Source: Malacoraja senta (lineage: Eukaryota). Taken from it: a stretch of DNA of 64,000 nucleotides. The notes beneath the pieces were generated by a model, which ran no database searches, was not told the DNA's origin, and saw only the letters and a program-made list of their open reading frames with translations. The position numbers and the translations under genes were made by a program. The DNA lies in NCBI GenBank assembly GCA_038087875.1, contig CM075990.1:14942001-15006000 (forward strand), read 5' to 3'. Of this stretch, positions 13,666-23,914 are shown in pieces (position 1 is the stretch's first letter; every line of letters begins with the position of its first letter).

Positions 13666-14319
13666 TCTAATCATTGTGAGTTTTGACATAAACTGGCAAA
13701 ATAAAATGCTAGCACAAAGTACATATTTTTGCTCAACATTTTTGAAGTCTGCTTCTCCCACTGAGAAAACATGATGTAAAATATAAGTAGGGTCATTGAT
13801 CTGAAACGTTAAATCTGTTTCCTCTTCTACAGAGGCTGTCTAACAGGCTGACTGTTTCCAGCATTTTCTGTTTATATTAGATAAGAGTTGCCACTTTTCC
13901 TCACACTTTTAGTTTTATCTCTCTCAGGTAGAATAGACTCCTATTCTTCATATGCCACCAGCGAGGGACTCCCTTGAAATTCATGATGCGACCTTATTTT
14001 AATTGAGTTACTCTGGCATTGCAGGGTAAATAAACTGTTGCTAACATTGTCAAGATTACATTTAATCTGATTGCACAAAGAAGTTAAGTTGAAGCTATGG
14101 CAATGATCTAACCTCTGATAATTGGAGTAAATGGAAAGGCAACATAATTTATGAACGTAATGGTTGTTGTATTCAATTAAGTTGCTATATTCTATCAAGG
14201 CAAACGTACAACTACAAGAAGTCAGAACAGAATGTGTTTTCTATTTTGAAGTCATAATACACTGACTTCTATGAGGAATAACACTCAGCACTTCTGAATA
14301 GCAAGCACTTGACTTGACA

Positions 14320-14713
14320 TGTGTAGGAAGGAACTGCAAATGCTGGTTTAAAATGTCGATAGACGCAAAATGCTGGAATAACTCAGCGGGACGGGTGGCA
14401 TCTCTGGAGAGAAGGAATGGATGATGTTTCGGGTCAAGACCCTTCTTCAGACTGGTTAGGGATAAGGGAAACGAGAGATATAGGCGATGATGTAGAGAGA
14501 TAAAGAACAATGAATGAAAGATATGCAAAAAAGTTACGATGATAAAGCGAACAGGCCATTGTTAGCTGTTTGTTTGGTGAAAACGAGAAGCTGGTTCAGT
14601 TTTGGTGGGGGCGGGATAGAGAGAGAGAGGGATCAATATTCATACTACTGGGCTGTAAGCTGCCCAAGCGAAAAGTGAGATGCTGTTCCTCCAATTTGCG
14701 TTTAGACTCACTC
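14320..14713 (-). mobile_element. PLE 3' fragment (end of GIY-YIG domain plus pLTR)
   Basis: Minus strand SESKRKLEEQHLTFRLGSLQPSSMNID followed by a hammerhead-like core and the pLTR end. Confidence 0.9.
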
Positions 14714-16900
14714 TTGACATAATTGGCATGTACCTTCAGAAGGCACAGTAAGCAGAAGCTATTAATTTAGCCTGTAGTAGGCCAACTTGGGAAACATCCA
14801 TGATATTTTGCTCCTCTCTTGAACTCTCATATATTTGAAACTTCAAGATGAGGAAGAGTGATATTTCATACACTTTACACTTTAGGAACAGAATCTTGAA
14901 GCAGTTAATGACAGAAAAGATGACCCATAACAGGTTGAGGGTTTTGATGAGGTAATGTCCAGCTGCCCTCATGGTGATTTATGAGCTCCCTGTACAAACT
15001 GTGAAGTTGGATGAAATGGCTGTTGGATATCTGCCAGCATGACCTCTTTAAAAAAAAAAAAAAAGAACATTTGTTGGTCCAAATTCCACAGATGTTGAAC
15101 AGTTGTTGATGTGACATCAGCCCCCATGAAGTACATTAAAGTAGCTGCTTGAGTACGGAGACTGTTGGATGTTATTGTGCAGTATATATCAATACAGACT
15201 GTAGCATCACACACATTTGTGATGTATCTGTTCAGAAGTGACAGCAGGAATTCACAGGCTCTTTTGACAAATTAATAACAATGTTGAAATCAATATATTT
15301 GATGAAAGTATTTTTTTTCTCAGTTATGTAATTAATGTTTGACATAGGCACCTTGAGCAATTTGTCACAAAATCATGCAGCTTAATTATATAATACAGAT
15401 TTTTTTTTAAATATTTCCTCTGCTGGAGTAACATTGCAGGAATTTGGAAATGACTTGTCTTTGTGCTGCTGCCAACATTAATCAAGCAGGTAAAACTTAT
15501 CCATAGTTCCACATAGTCATTATTCTTTGTATGCATTTGAATTTCTGAGACATACAGTAATACATATAGATGCTAAGTGGTGAAAAGGATAAAGCCTACA
15601 TTTAAAATCTTACATCATCGCTGCATGTTTATCTAAAATGTTCTCTTTTTGGAAAATGGTTTAAAATGCAATTTGTCCAAGAATTAAGATCATGCTGTCA
15701 AGTGCGATGCAAATATAAGTGGCAAATAAAGTCTTTCTAAAATAAAATGATTTTAGTTTTGTATAGAGGTTTTTGGCATTAAACTTAAAATTCCATTTCT
15801 TCACTGCATCAGTTGTAAGACAATCCTTGTATCCTTGAGGGTATCATTTACAAATTGAGAGCTGATGGCAATAACACTTACATTGTTCATCACATATGAC
15901 AAAGATTGAAAGCTCTTCTAACAGATTAAGTCTTTTTGCATTATTCTAATTTGTGTTTGTTGCTTCAGAAGTTATAAAAGGGGATAAATTAAGTTTTTAA
16001 AGTTAGCGTAAGGGATACAAGGTTTGAATAGTTATGCTGGAATGTGGACCTGAAGTGGATAAAGTACATTGAAGCTTATTTTTGTATGTTGTTCTCGTGC
16101 CAAGGATATTGAATTTGAAGTTTAATTGATTTGGAATGAGGTGTTATTATGAAGAAGATAAGAGGTAATGTCTTTGTTTTTCCATTTAATGCCAGAAAGA
16201 TGATAGTATCAAGTGGTTAGGTTTCTCTTGCTTCAAGGAAAATGTATTGCAGTTTATAATTTTTTTTTGGTTGTGAGCACTGAATAGGCAAGCTGTGATT
16301 TGATTTAAATGCGGGCCAAGTAGATGAAAATAGTGTGCAATAAACTTTATGTTATACTTCAATATACTAGCTAATGGAGCAGGATACACTATAATAAATA
16401 AAAACAGCTTGCATTGATTCCTTGAGACATTTTCTGAATACTGGAAAAAAAATAAGCTCAAAGGCTACATATATTGTTCCCTCTCCACCTCCACTACACT
16501 TATTGGGGCTGAAAACAAGAACAGAGAGTCATAGAGTACTTATCGCAAATGTGGTATGTGCAAATGTGGTATCACAGCATGAATTTCACTGTTGTGCTGC
16601 AGTCTATTTTATTCATAAACCTGTCATCCCGAGATGACAATTTTAAAAAAGCTTACTTTAATGTGTGCAATTTATTTATTTCTCTCTGGATTCAGCTAAG
16701 TGTAAATTTGATTAAAGCTGGAGATTAATTGAATAACATTTTAAACAAGCTGCCTTAGATTTTATTGATTCTGGGGGATGTAAACAAAACCATTAACCTC
16801 AATTTCCTCATTAGTTTGGCTGTAGCAGAAATGTTCGAAATATCTGTGTGTGTTGTTGGATGGTTCAGCCACAAAGATGGTCGCACGCGGTAGAAGTCTC

Positions 16901-17000
16901 TTGTTTTCTCAAGTGTGCCCCTGTTTTCTCAAGTGCGCCCCTGTTTTCTCAAGTGTGCCCCTGTTTTCTCAAGTGTGCCCCTATTTTCTCAAGTGTGCTC
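16901..17000. repeat. Minisatellite, 5 x 20 bp
   Basis: Unit ctgttttctcaagtgtgccc with few variants. Confidence 0.95.
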
Positions 17001-17394
17001 CTAGTGGGCCCTCTCATGGTCTGACATTGTTCGGTATCTCAAAAGGGGGGTGGTAACCTTACCATTTTCATTAACAAATGCCTTTCTTAATATCTGTGAA
17101 CAACTTGCCTATGAGCCTGCTTTTGATGTGTCTTTTGCCACAGCTCATTACTGTGGCTGTGTCGGTACCTCATATATCAATTCATTTTGCTCCTGTGTTA
17201 TGGACTAATTTTCACTAGAATCTTCTGGGCTCTGGAGAGATGCAAACTTTCTCTGCAAAATCCTTCAAGTCAGTCTGCAGGATAGTGAACTAACATCAGT
17301 GTCCTATCCCACCCCAATAACTCTAGCATTGAGGCTCCAATTACACTCGGAGTTCAACGCATAGGTTATGTGTTCACATTCAAAGCATCAGACT

Positions 17395-17844
17395 CCGCTG
17401 CTCTAGATGTCAGCTGATCTACATCGGTGAGACCAAGCGTAGGCTTGGCGATCGTTTCGCCGAACACCTCCGCTCAGTCCGCATTAACCAACCTGACCTC
17501 CCTGAGGCTCAGCACTTCAACTCCCCCTTCCATTCCGAATCCGACCTTTCTGTCCTGGGCCTCGTCCGTGCTCCTCCAAAGTCCCACTGGAAATTGGAGG
17601 AGCAGCACCTCATATTCCGCTTGGGCAGTTTGCACCCTAGCGGCATAAACATTGACTTCTCCAATTTCCGGTAGCCCTTGCTGTCTCCTCCCCTTCTCAG
17701 CCCTCGGACTCCTCTTCTTCCTTTCTCCTTTCTTCTCCCCCCCCCCCCTCCCCCACCCTACATCAGTCTGAAGAAGGGTTTCGGCCCGAAACGTTGCCTA
17801 TTTCCTTCGCACCAGCTGAGTTTCTCCAGCACTTTTGTCTACCT
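17395..17844 (+). mobile_element. PLE 3' fragment: GIY-YIG endonuclease plus pLTR with intact minimal hammerhead core (17768-17795)
   Basis: RCSRCQLIYIGETKRRLGDRFAEHLRSV...KLEEQHLIFRLGSLHPSG; ctgaagaagggtttcggcccgaaacgtt. Confidence 0.92.
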
Positions 17845-17859
17845 CCTGAAATGAACATC

Positions 17860-18175
17860 CTGTTGTGTTAAGAGATTGGCAGATGGATAGTGGGAATGAT
17901 TCAAGGATGATTTCAAATGCTCCTTGTAAATCCTACATCCCCTTTAATATATGGCAGTCCTTGGTCCATGACTGCTCAGAATGGAGAAGATTAATTTGGG
18001 ATGTTAATGAGAACCCCGAGTTAATGTATCAAGACCATACAAGATGGGGAAGGGACCCACCGCGCATCAATTACCTCCTTCATCAACCCCTTCCCACAGA
18101 GTCTGTGGAGTCGAAATGTCCTCCTTAAAACCCACAGAGCTGGAGTGGAGGGAAGTCGTGTTTAGAAAGAAGAGA
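17860..18175 (+). mobile_element. Old RTE LINE 3' fragment
   Basis: IWQSLVHDCSEWRRLI resembles the RTE C-terminal WE.LA.DR..WR motif. Confidence 0.6.
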
Positions 18176-19139
18176 TGTAAATAACACTTTTTGATTACCT
18201 GCTGTGTACGTGATGAAGCAGACACAATGGCAGTGTTTAGTGTTAACAATGTTATATTAGACTCTTAGTATACAGTATGGCATTGGGAATGTACGTGTCA
18301 GAGGTTACGTTGTATGTTCAACGATAATCTAGCAAAGGATTACCATACATTTGAATCACGCAATATAAAGTCACCAACAATACACGTTTTGTTTTAGATA
18401 GGAGAGGATGCCAGATAGTCCGAAAGAATTATGTGAAAACTTGGGAACAAACCGCAGTCGGGTTTGCATTTTTCTTTCCAGGTTAATTCACTCAATGAAA
18501 AGCTGCTGTGTGATGTGTCATATATCAAAGGCAGGGCATCAGTAATCTTTGCTCAAGGGCATGGATAACAGACAGATAGACATGTGAATGAGATGGAAAA
18601 AAGCAACTCATCCTTTTCAGCTAACACCATGAAGGAGATAAAGGAAGATTTATGACTCATCTTGGACCACATACCGGCAACCACAACATTTTTCACATGC
18701 TCCAAAAATTGGAGCTGGAAAGCAATAAGCTGTCACTTTGTCTATCAGATGCTTTAATAGGAAATTTGTTCCTTTGGGCTTTACTCTTCAATTCAGCCTT
18801 TACTTTCATAACAGTTTTGTTAAATGGTAGTCATAAATGTATTTAAACATGATTCTGTGTTTATTCTGTTGAGTGTGATAGATAGGTTTGAAATGCACTC
18901 TGTAAATATTACAATTATTGCAAGAAGTGAGATGTAAAATATAAACTCCAATTGAACTTTTCTGTGAACAAGTCCGCATGGGTTTCATGTTACACAAAGT
19001 ACTAATTTTACATATTTCTGTACTTAATTTACAGTTTTACAAACATACAAACTTCTAAAACTTTCTGATACAGTGGAAATTTTTTATTCTGTTGTGGGAG
19101 GACGTTCATGTTGAATTCTACAATGTGTTGTGACTTTTT

Positions 19140-19269
19140 TCTTTTTTTTTAAAATGTTTCTACGGATGTACGGAAACTTAATTATTTCTTCTATGTAAAG
19201 CACTTTGGTTTCAACGCGAGTTGATTTAACGTGCTATATAAATAAAATTGACTTACTTACTTACTTACT
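19140..19269 (+). mobile_element. L2-like 3' end
   Basis: tgtaaagcactttgg...gtgctatataaataaa followed by a (ttac)n tail. Confidence 0.65.
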
Positions 19270-19317
19270 AAAACCCGACTCAGTGTTCGAGTTCCAGGGA
19301 AACACACAGTTGATCAT

Positions 19318-19543
19318 TGATAGACACAAAAAGCTGGAGTAACTCAGCGGGACAGGCAGCATCTCTTGAGAGAAGGAATGGGTGACGTTTCGGGTCGTGA
19401 CCCTTCTTCAGACTGAAATTCACGGAAAGGGAAACGAGAGATATAGAAGAAGATGTAGAGATAAAGAACAATGAATGAAAGATATGCAAAAAGTAATGAT
19501 AATAAAAGAAACAAGCCATTGTTAGCTGTTTGTTGGGTGAAAA
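19318..19543 (-). mobile_element. PLE pLTR with intact minimal hammerhead core (19384-19411)
   Basis: Minus strand ctgaagaagggtcacgacccgaaacgtcacc; similar to the 14320 copy. Confidence 0.88.
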
Positions 19544-19604
19544 TCATTGATATTTGTATTCCACACAAAGCTTCATGATATTTACACCCTTTACGATGAG
19601 CATC

Positions 19605-19782
19605 GGGGTGGATGTGAGTGCGCAGGCATGTCATGCTCCTTTGAGGGTACCTTTTGTACACCTTTAGTCCCCACCTGGCAGCCAGCTCTCAGCTGTGGCT
19701 CCAAGAAGCTGTTAGCATGCCACAGTGGCTTCACCCTGGAAAAACGATTTGGCTGTCGGGCTAACCCAGGCGAAGGTAGCTG
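19605..19782 (+). ncRNA. Candidate HDV-like ribozyme with expanded L3
   Basis: P1 GGGGUGG/UCACCCU, P3 GGC/GCU, L3 starting UCC, GG after P1', short P4, C-UAA; P2 imperfect. Confidence 0.5.
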
Positions 19783-19858
19783 ATTGGTCTCCGATCCCTA
19801 GTGAGGTTAGGGACTTGCTCAGCCCAGCATGCGGAATCTGTTCAGTGTGAAAAATATA

Positions 19859-20374
19859 CATCTTCTAGATGCGCTGGGACGCATCCTCACTGATGTGATC
19901 TGGGTCATCGGGTGTTTGGGGTCTCACAACATCAGACACCCTCGCCCAGGCGACCCAGCTGGGGTTGATCAGGCCCCGACTTGCGTCCCAGCAGCATCCG
20001 CCCATGGATCAGCCATCTTAATAACTACTCTGCAGGGGTTGGGAGACTCTAGTGCATGGAGGGACTGGGCTCTGTGTGGTGAGTCCTGGCCGGGCTCCTC
20101 CTGCGACTCACCAGGTTCAAGGCCTGTGCGTTGCACCTCTTTCACCTTCTCCGAGCATTTCATTCCCGCCTGATGGATTTTTAGGCCACGGTGGTTCATT
20201 AGGCCTTTCCGTAGTTTTCTTGGGTGTCTTTCTCACGAAAGACACAGACTGGGGTGCTAACCCAGCCTATCCCGGGTGCCGTCTTTCCCTGCTGTCAACT
20301 GTCTCCCCAGTAGTCACCAAACTATTCTTGGTTGTCACCCAGTCTATTCCTAGGTGCCACTGGCTGAGCCAGAC
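19859..20374 (-). mobile_element. HERO-like (R2-superfamily) short internally deleted element, 516 bp
   Basis: 18-bp TSD ttcagtgtgaaaaatata (19841-19858 and 20375-20392); NHRGLKIHQAGMKC zinc-finger remnant and PGESQEEPG fused to the C-terminal IKMADPW...AAGTQVGA*. Confidence 0.8.
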
Positions 20375-20874
20375 TTCAGTGTGAAAAATATAGGCGTAGA
20401 ATTAGGCCATTCGGCCCATCAAGTCTACTCCGCCATTCAATCATGGCTGATGTATCTCTCCCTTCTGTTCCGACGGATTGGGCAGATGAAATGCACTGGA
20501 GGGTTCAACGGCCAGGAGGTGACTCGGCAGCGCACTATGGAGTGCAAAGGGCATGTCAAAGCACAGAAGAAGACATGACCATCCCGTGCCACTGAAACCC
20601 AGCTCCTGCGGCCAAGAGGGTGGGGCTGCTTGTGTGCAACAGCCTCTCCACCTTAATCTCTCCTATGCACAGGTTTTTGTGCAAGTCTATAACGCTATCG
20701 TCATCTACGACGGGTCACCACCGTGAAAATCAATGTGGTCAGCAAAACTGTTCAACTAAAAAATGAATTTAATTTGTTGCATATTTGAATTCTTTAGGAT
20801 GGTTCTTTAAACCAGTGATGAGATCCAGAAAACTAGGACAGCACCATTAATGCTGTACACCTCTGGGCATAACC

Positions 20875-21106
20875 TTTCTCGTTAAGATCGTTATTTTTTT
20901 ACATATCTTTCATTCACTGTTCATTATCTCTCCGCATCATCATCTATATGTCACTTTTTCCTTTTCCCTAACTAGTCTGAAGAAGGGTCTCGACCCGAAA
21001 CGTCACCCATTCCTTCTCTCCAGAGATGCTGCCTGTCCCCGCTGAGTTACTCCAGCATTTTGTGTCTATATTCGGTTTAAACCAGCATCTGCAGTTCCTT
21101 CCCACA
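20875..21106 (+). mobile_element. PLE pLTR with intact minimal hammerhead core (20977-21004)
   Basis: ctgaagaagggtctcgacccgaaacgtcacc...gcatctgcagttccttcc. Confidence 0.88.
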
Positions 21107-21651
21107 CTCATCTTTTTTGATGTGGCCAGGATTAAGTGGAGTGCAATTGTGAAACTAGATCTTCAGTCATCATACCAATATGAATCATTCAGGTATGTTG
21201 GTGCAAAATGCTGTGGTTCAGATTTTGTTTAAAATGTAATTATTATTTGTTTAATGGTCAAATGTCCTGTTCTGATCAAATGGCATAACTTAGCTACCCA
21301 TTTCTATAATTATTAACTATTCTTATTTAAACCCAGAACAGAAAAAAACTAGGCCTAGAAAAAGTGTAGAAATTGAAAATATACTTTTTTCACTTAATTC
21401 CAAGTGAACTAATTGTTGTATTTGAACTTCCTAGAGTGAATGTTGTGAGCATTGTCTTCCTATGCATTTACTTACTGAGATATTTAAACAGATGTTGAAT
21501 TCTACTTTCTTTTCGCCATACAATAAAACGTACATAGAAGCAATGAAGAGAGCGCAAAAACAGATTTAGCAAGTTGGTACCTTGTGCCTTGTGGTCGTCA
21601 CTTCCGAAAGGTCCACTAGGGACTATAGTGGAAGTTGACGAGAGTGGGTCT

Positions 21652-21724
21652 GGTCTAGCGGGGGCTCGAACCACCATCCTTTCGGTTAAAAGCCGATCGC
21701 GCTAGCCGATTGCGCCACGATGAC
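21652..21724 (-). pseudogene. tRNA-Asn-derived pseudogene or SINE head with TTT anticodon
   Basis: gtcatcgtggcgcaatcggctagcgcgatcggcTTTTaaccgaaaggatggtggttcgagccccc closely matches vertebrate tRNA-Asn(GTT); A and B boxes intact, acceptor and T stems broken. Confidence 0.8.
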
Positions 21725-22032
21725 ACATGAACTGAAAGATTACAGATGTCAGAAAATATTGAACATTGGGGCATATTTTCTCAATCAGGAGAAGACTTTG
21801 AGGAGACCAAATAGAGGTGTTTAAAAATGATGAATGGTTTGGACAGGGTAGCTGCGGAGAGAATGGTCCCGGTGGGGAGGAAATCCAAAACCAGCGTCAT
21901 AAATACAAGACAGCCACCAATAAATCCAAAAGGAAACTTCTTTGCTTGGGGATGATTAGAATGTGAGATCTAAAATTACTGGGTGAGAGAAGAAGATAGC
22001 TTCAATGATTTCAAAATTAAACTAGATGAATG

Positions 22033-23073
22033 TAGCAATGTTACAAAATTTTGAGATTTTAAAAATAAAGTCTGCAATTTATCCCATCAGATAAAGCATA
22101 AAAAGAAGTTTAATTTGACACTTAATTCACTTTCATATCTTCAGTATTAAAAAAGTTATGGCCATTATCATACTCAGAAATTAGCATCTAGTTCCTTATT
22201 GCTTTTCCATTGACTTAACACAAAAGCTGTGATCGAGGACAGTTAAAAGCCCTTAACTTTCTTAAAAATTATGATAATTGAAAGAAATTTTCAGTTATTA
22301 TAGATTGAAGCATTCTGAAACAAATATGAAACAATCTTACTTCGAAGACATGAAAGTAAAGCATATAATTAGTTAGTTACCTAATTGTAGCTAATTACAA
22401 AATTCAATTACTAGATCTAAACATCTATCAATTTCTTAAGAATAGATTAACATTTTTAAATAGCCTAAGTGTCCAAATAACATTCACACAATAATTCACA
22501 ATATAACATAATTTTTAAATCTAATTTTCATGAATTTACAGGCCAAATGGAAGGAATTGAATGTTTAATACCTGTAAATTAATGGGCATTTAATTCATCT
22601 TGCGAGTGAGGTTTTCTGGAACGCGATCTTTTGGAACGTTGATTTGCGGTGAATTTAACCCCGTATTGGCATGAAAAATACTGCCGTTAATTCGGGGAAT
22701 AAAATCACCGTGTCGCATGAAAAAATGTGAATTAAAGGCTTCTTAAGAAGCACTTTTATACATTTAAAGAAACCACTTTCATTTACCTGTCCCGTGTGTG
22801 AAATCCGTCCCCGTTATCGGCGTTGACGCTTCAGGAGCTGCTTTTAAAATTACTCTAGCACTGACATTGACGATTTAATAAAAATAAAAAATTCACAAAA
22901 CGCCGGTAGGAACGATTCATCAGCCAAGGCTTGTACTCCAACAAAATATCAACCAGGACAAGGGAGGAGAAACCCGTGTTTTAACCCCGCCCCCCCTTAA
23001 AGGCGCCAAAATCGCGCACACGGCCAGTGGCAGAATTACAGCGCGACTGAAGGTAAGTTTTGTAACATACCTA
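22033..23073. mobile_element. Non-autonomous DNA transposon, 1041 bp, possibly hAT
   Basis: TIRs tagcaatgttacaaaa and taggtatgttacaaaa (reverse complement of right end); 7-bp TSD atgaatg (22026-22032 and 23074-23080); interrupts a CR1 fragment starting near 21765. Confidence 0.85.
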
Positions 23074-23107
23074 ATGAATGCAGGAGTGAAGGTAGCACAG
23101 TGGCGTG

Positions 23108-23234
23108 AAGAAGGGTCTCGACCCGAAACGTCATCCATTCCTTCTCTCCACAGATGCTGCCTGCCCCGCTGAGTTACCCTAGCATGTTGTGTCTATCTTC
23201 GGTTTAAACCAGCATCTGCAGTTCCTTCCTACAC
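23108..23234 (+). mobile_element. Solo PLE pLTR/hammerhead unit inserted into a SINE head
   Basis: TSD agcacagtggcgtg (23094-23107 and 23235-23248). Confidence 0.88.
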
Positions 23235-23526
23235 AGCACAGTGGCGTGGCTGGCAAAACTGCTGCCTCACGTTGCCGGAGACCCTGGTTTGACCCTGACC
23301 TCGGTTGTTGTTTGTGTGGCGTTCGCATGTTCTCCCTGTGACCACATGGGTTTCCTCCTGGTGCTCCGGTTTCCTTCCCACATCCCAAATACATGCGGGT
23401 TGTTAAGTTAATTGGCCTCTAACTTTTCCCTTATGTGTAGGTGAGTGCTGGAATCTGGGGTGGTTAATGATCTGCACGGACATGGTGGGTCAAAATTGCC
23501 ATTTTCATGCTGTATCTTTCCAAAAA
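23235..23526 (+). mobile_element. V-core SINE (older)
   Basis: tRNA-like head and gttcgcatgttctccctgtgacc...ggtgctccggtttcc core. Confidence 0.8.
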
Positions 23527-23612
23527 AGCCAACATAAAGATATCTTCTGAGGTTGGCATGAAGTTGGTGGAGTGAGAAGAGACATGGAGTCGCCCTGTAC
23601 CATGTGTACTTT

Positions 23613-23914
23613 GGCCAGCACAGTGACACAGCAGTAGATTTGCTGCCTTACAGCACCATAGACCCGGGTTCAATCCTGACTGTGGGTGCTGTCTGTACAG
23701 AGTTTGCACCTTCTCCCTGTGACTGCGTGGGTTTTCTCCGGGCGCTCCGCTTTCCTCCCACATTCCAAAGACGTGTGGGTTTGTAGGTTAATTGGCTTCT
23801 GTAATTTATCCCTACAGTGCAGGATAGAACTTGTGAATAAGGTGATTATTGGTCAGCGTGGTCTCGCTGGGCCGAAGGGCCTGTTTCCACGCTGTATTTC
23901 TAAAGAAAACTAAA
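23613..23914 (+). mobile_element. V-core SINE (HE1-like)
   Basis: Head, core and gggccgaagggcctgtttcc tail. Confidence 0.88.

Larger units (their letters stand above)
19605..20722 (+). mobile_element. RTE-5'UTR-derived non-autonomous element, interrupted by nested insertions (about 19844-20463)
   Basis: tgtggctccaagaagctg...gggctaacccagg resembles RTE-derived SINE heads as I recall them; resumes after duplicated tctgttc (19837-19843 and 20464-20470). Confidence 0.65.

Noticed and set aside
16901-17000. CRISPR-like array
   Set aside because: Contiguous 20-bp units with no spacers in eukaryotic DNA; an ordinary minisatellite.
19537-20735. gtgaaaatcattg / gtgaaaatcaatg as the TSD of the RTE-derived element
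   Set aside because: The left copy overlaps PLE-derived sequence and lies about 55 bp from the proposed 5' end; it may be coincidental.
21652-21724. Functional tRNA-Lys(TTT) gene
   Set aside because: Body is tRNA-Asn-like and the acceptor and T stems are disrupted.
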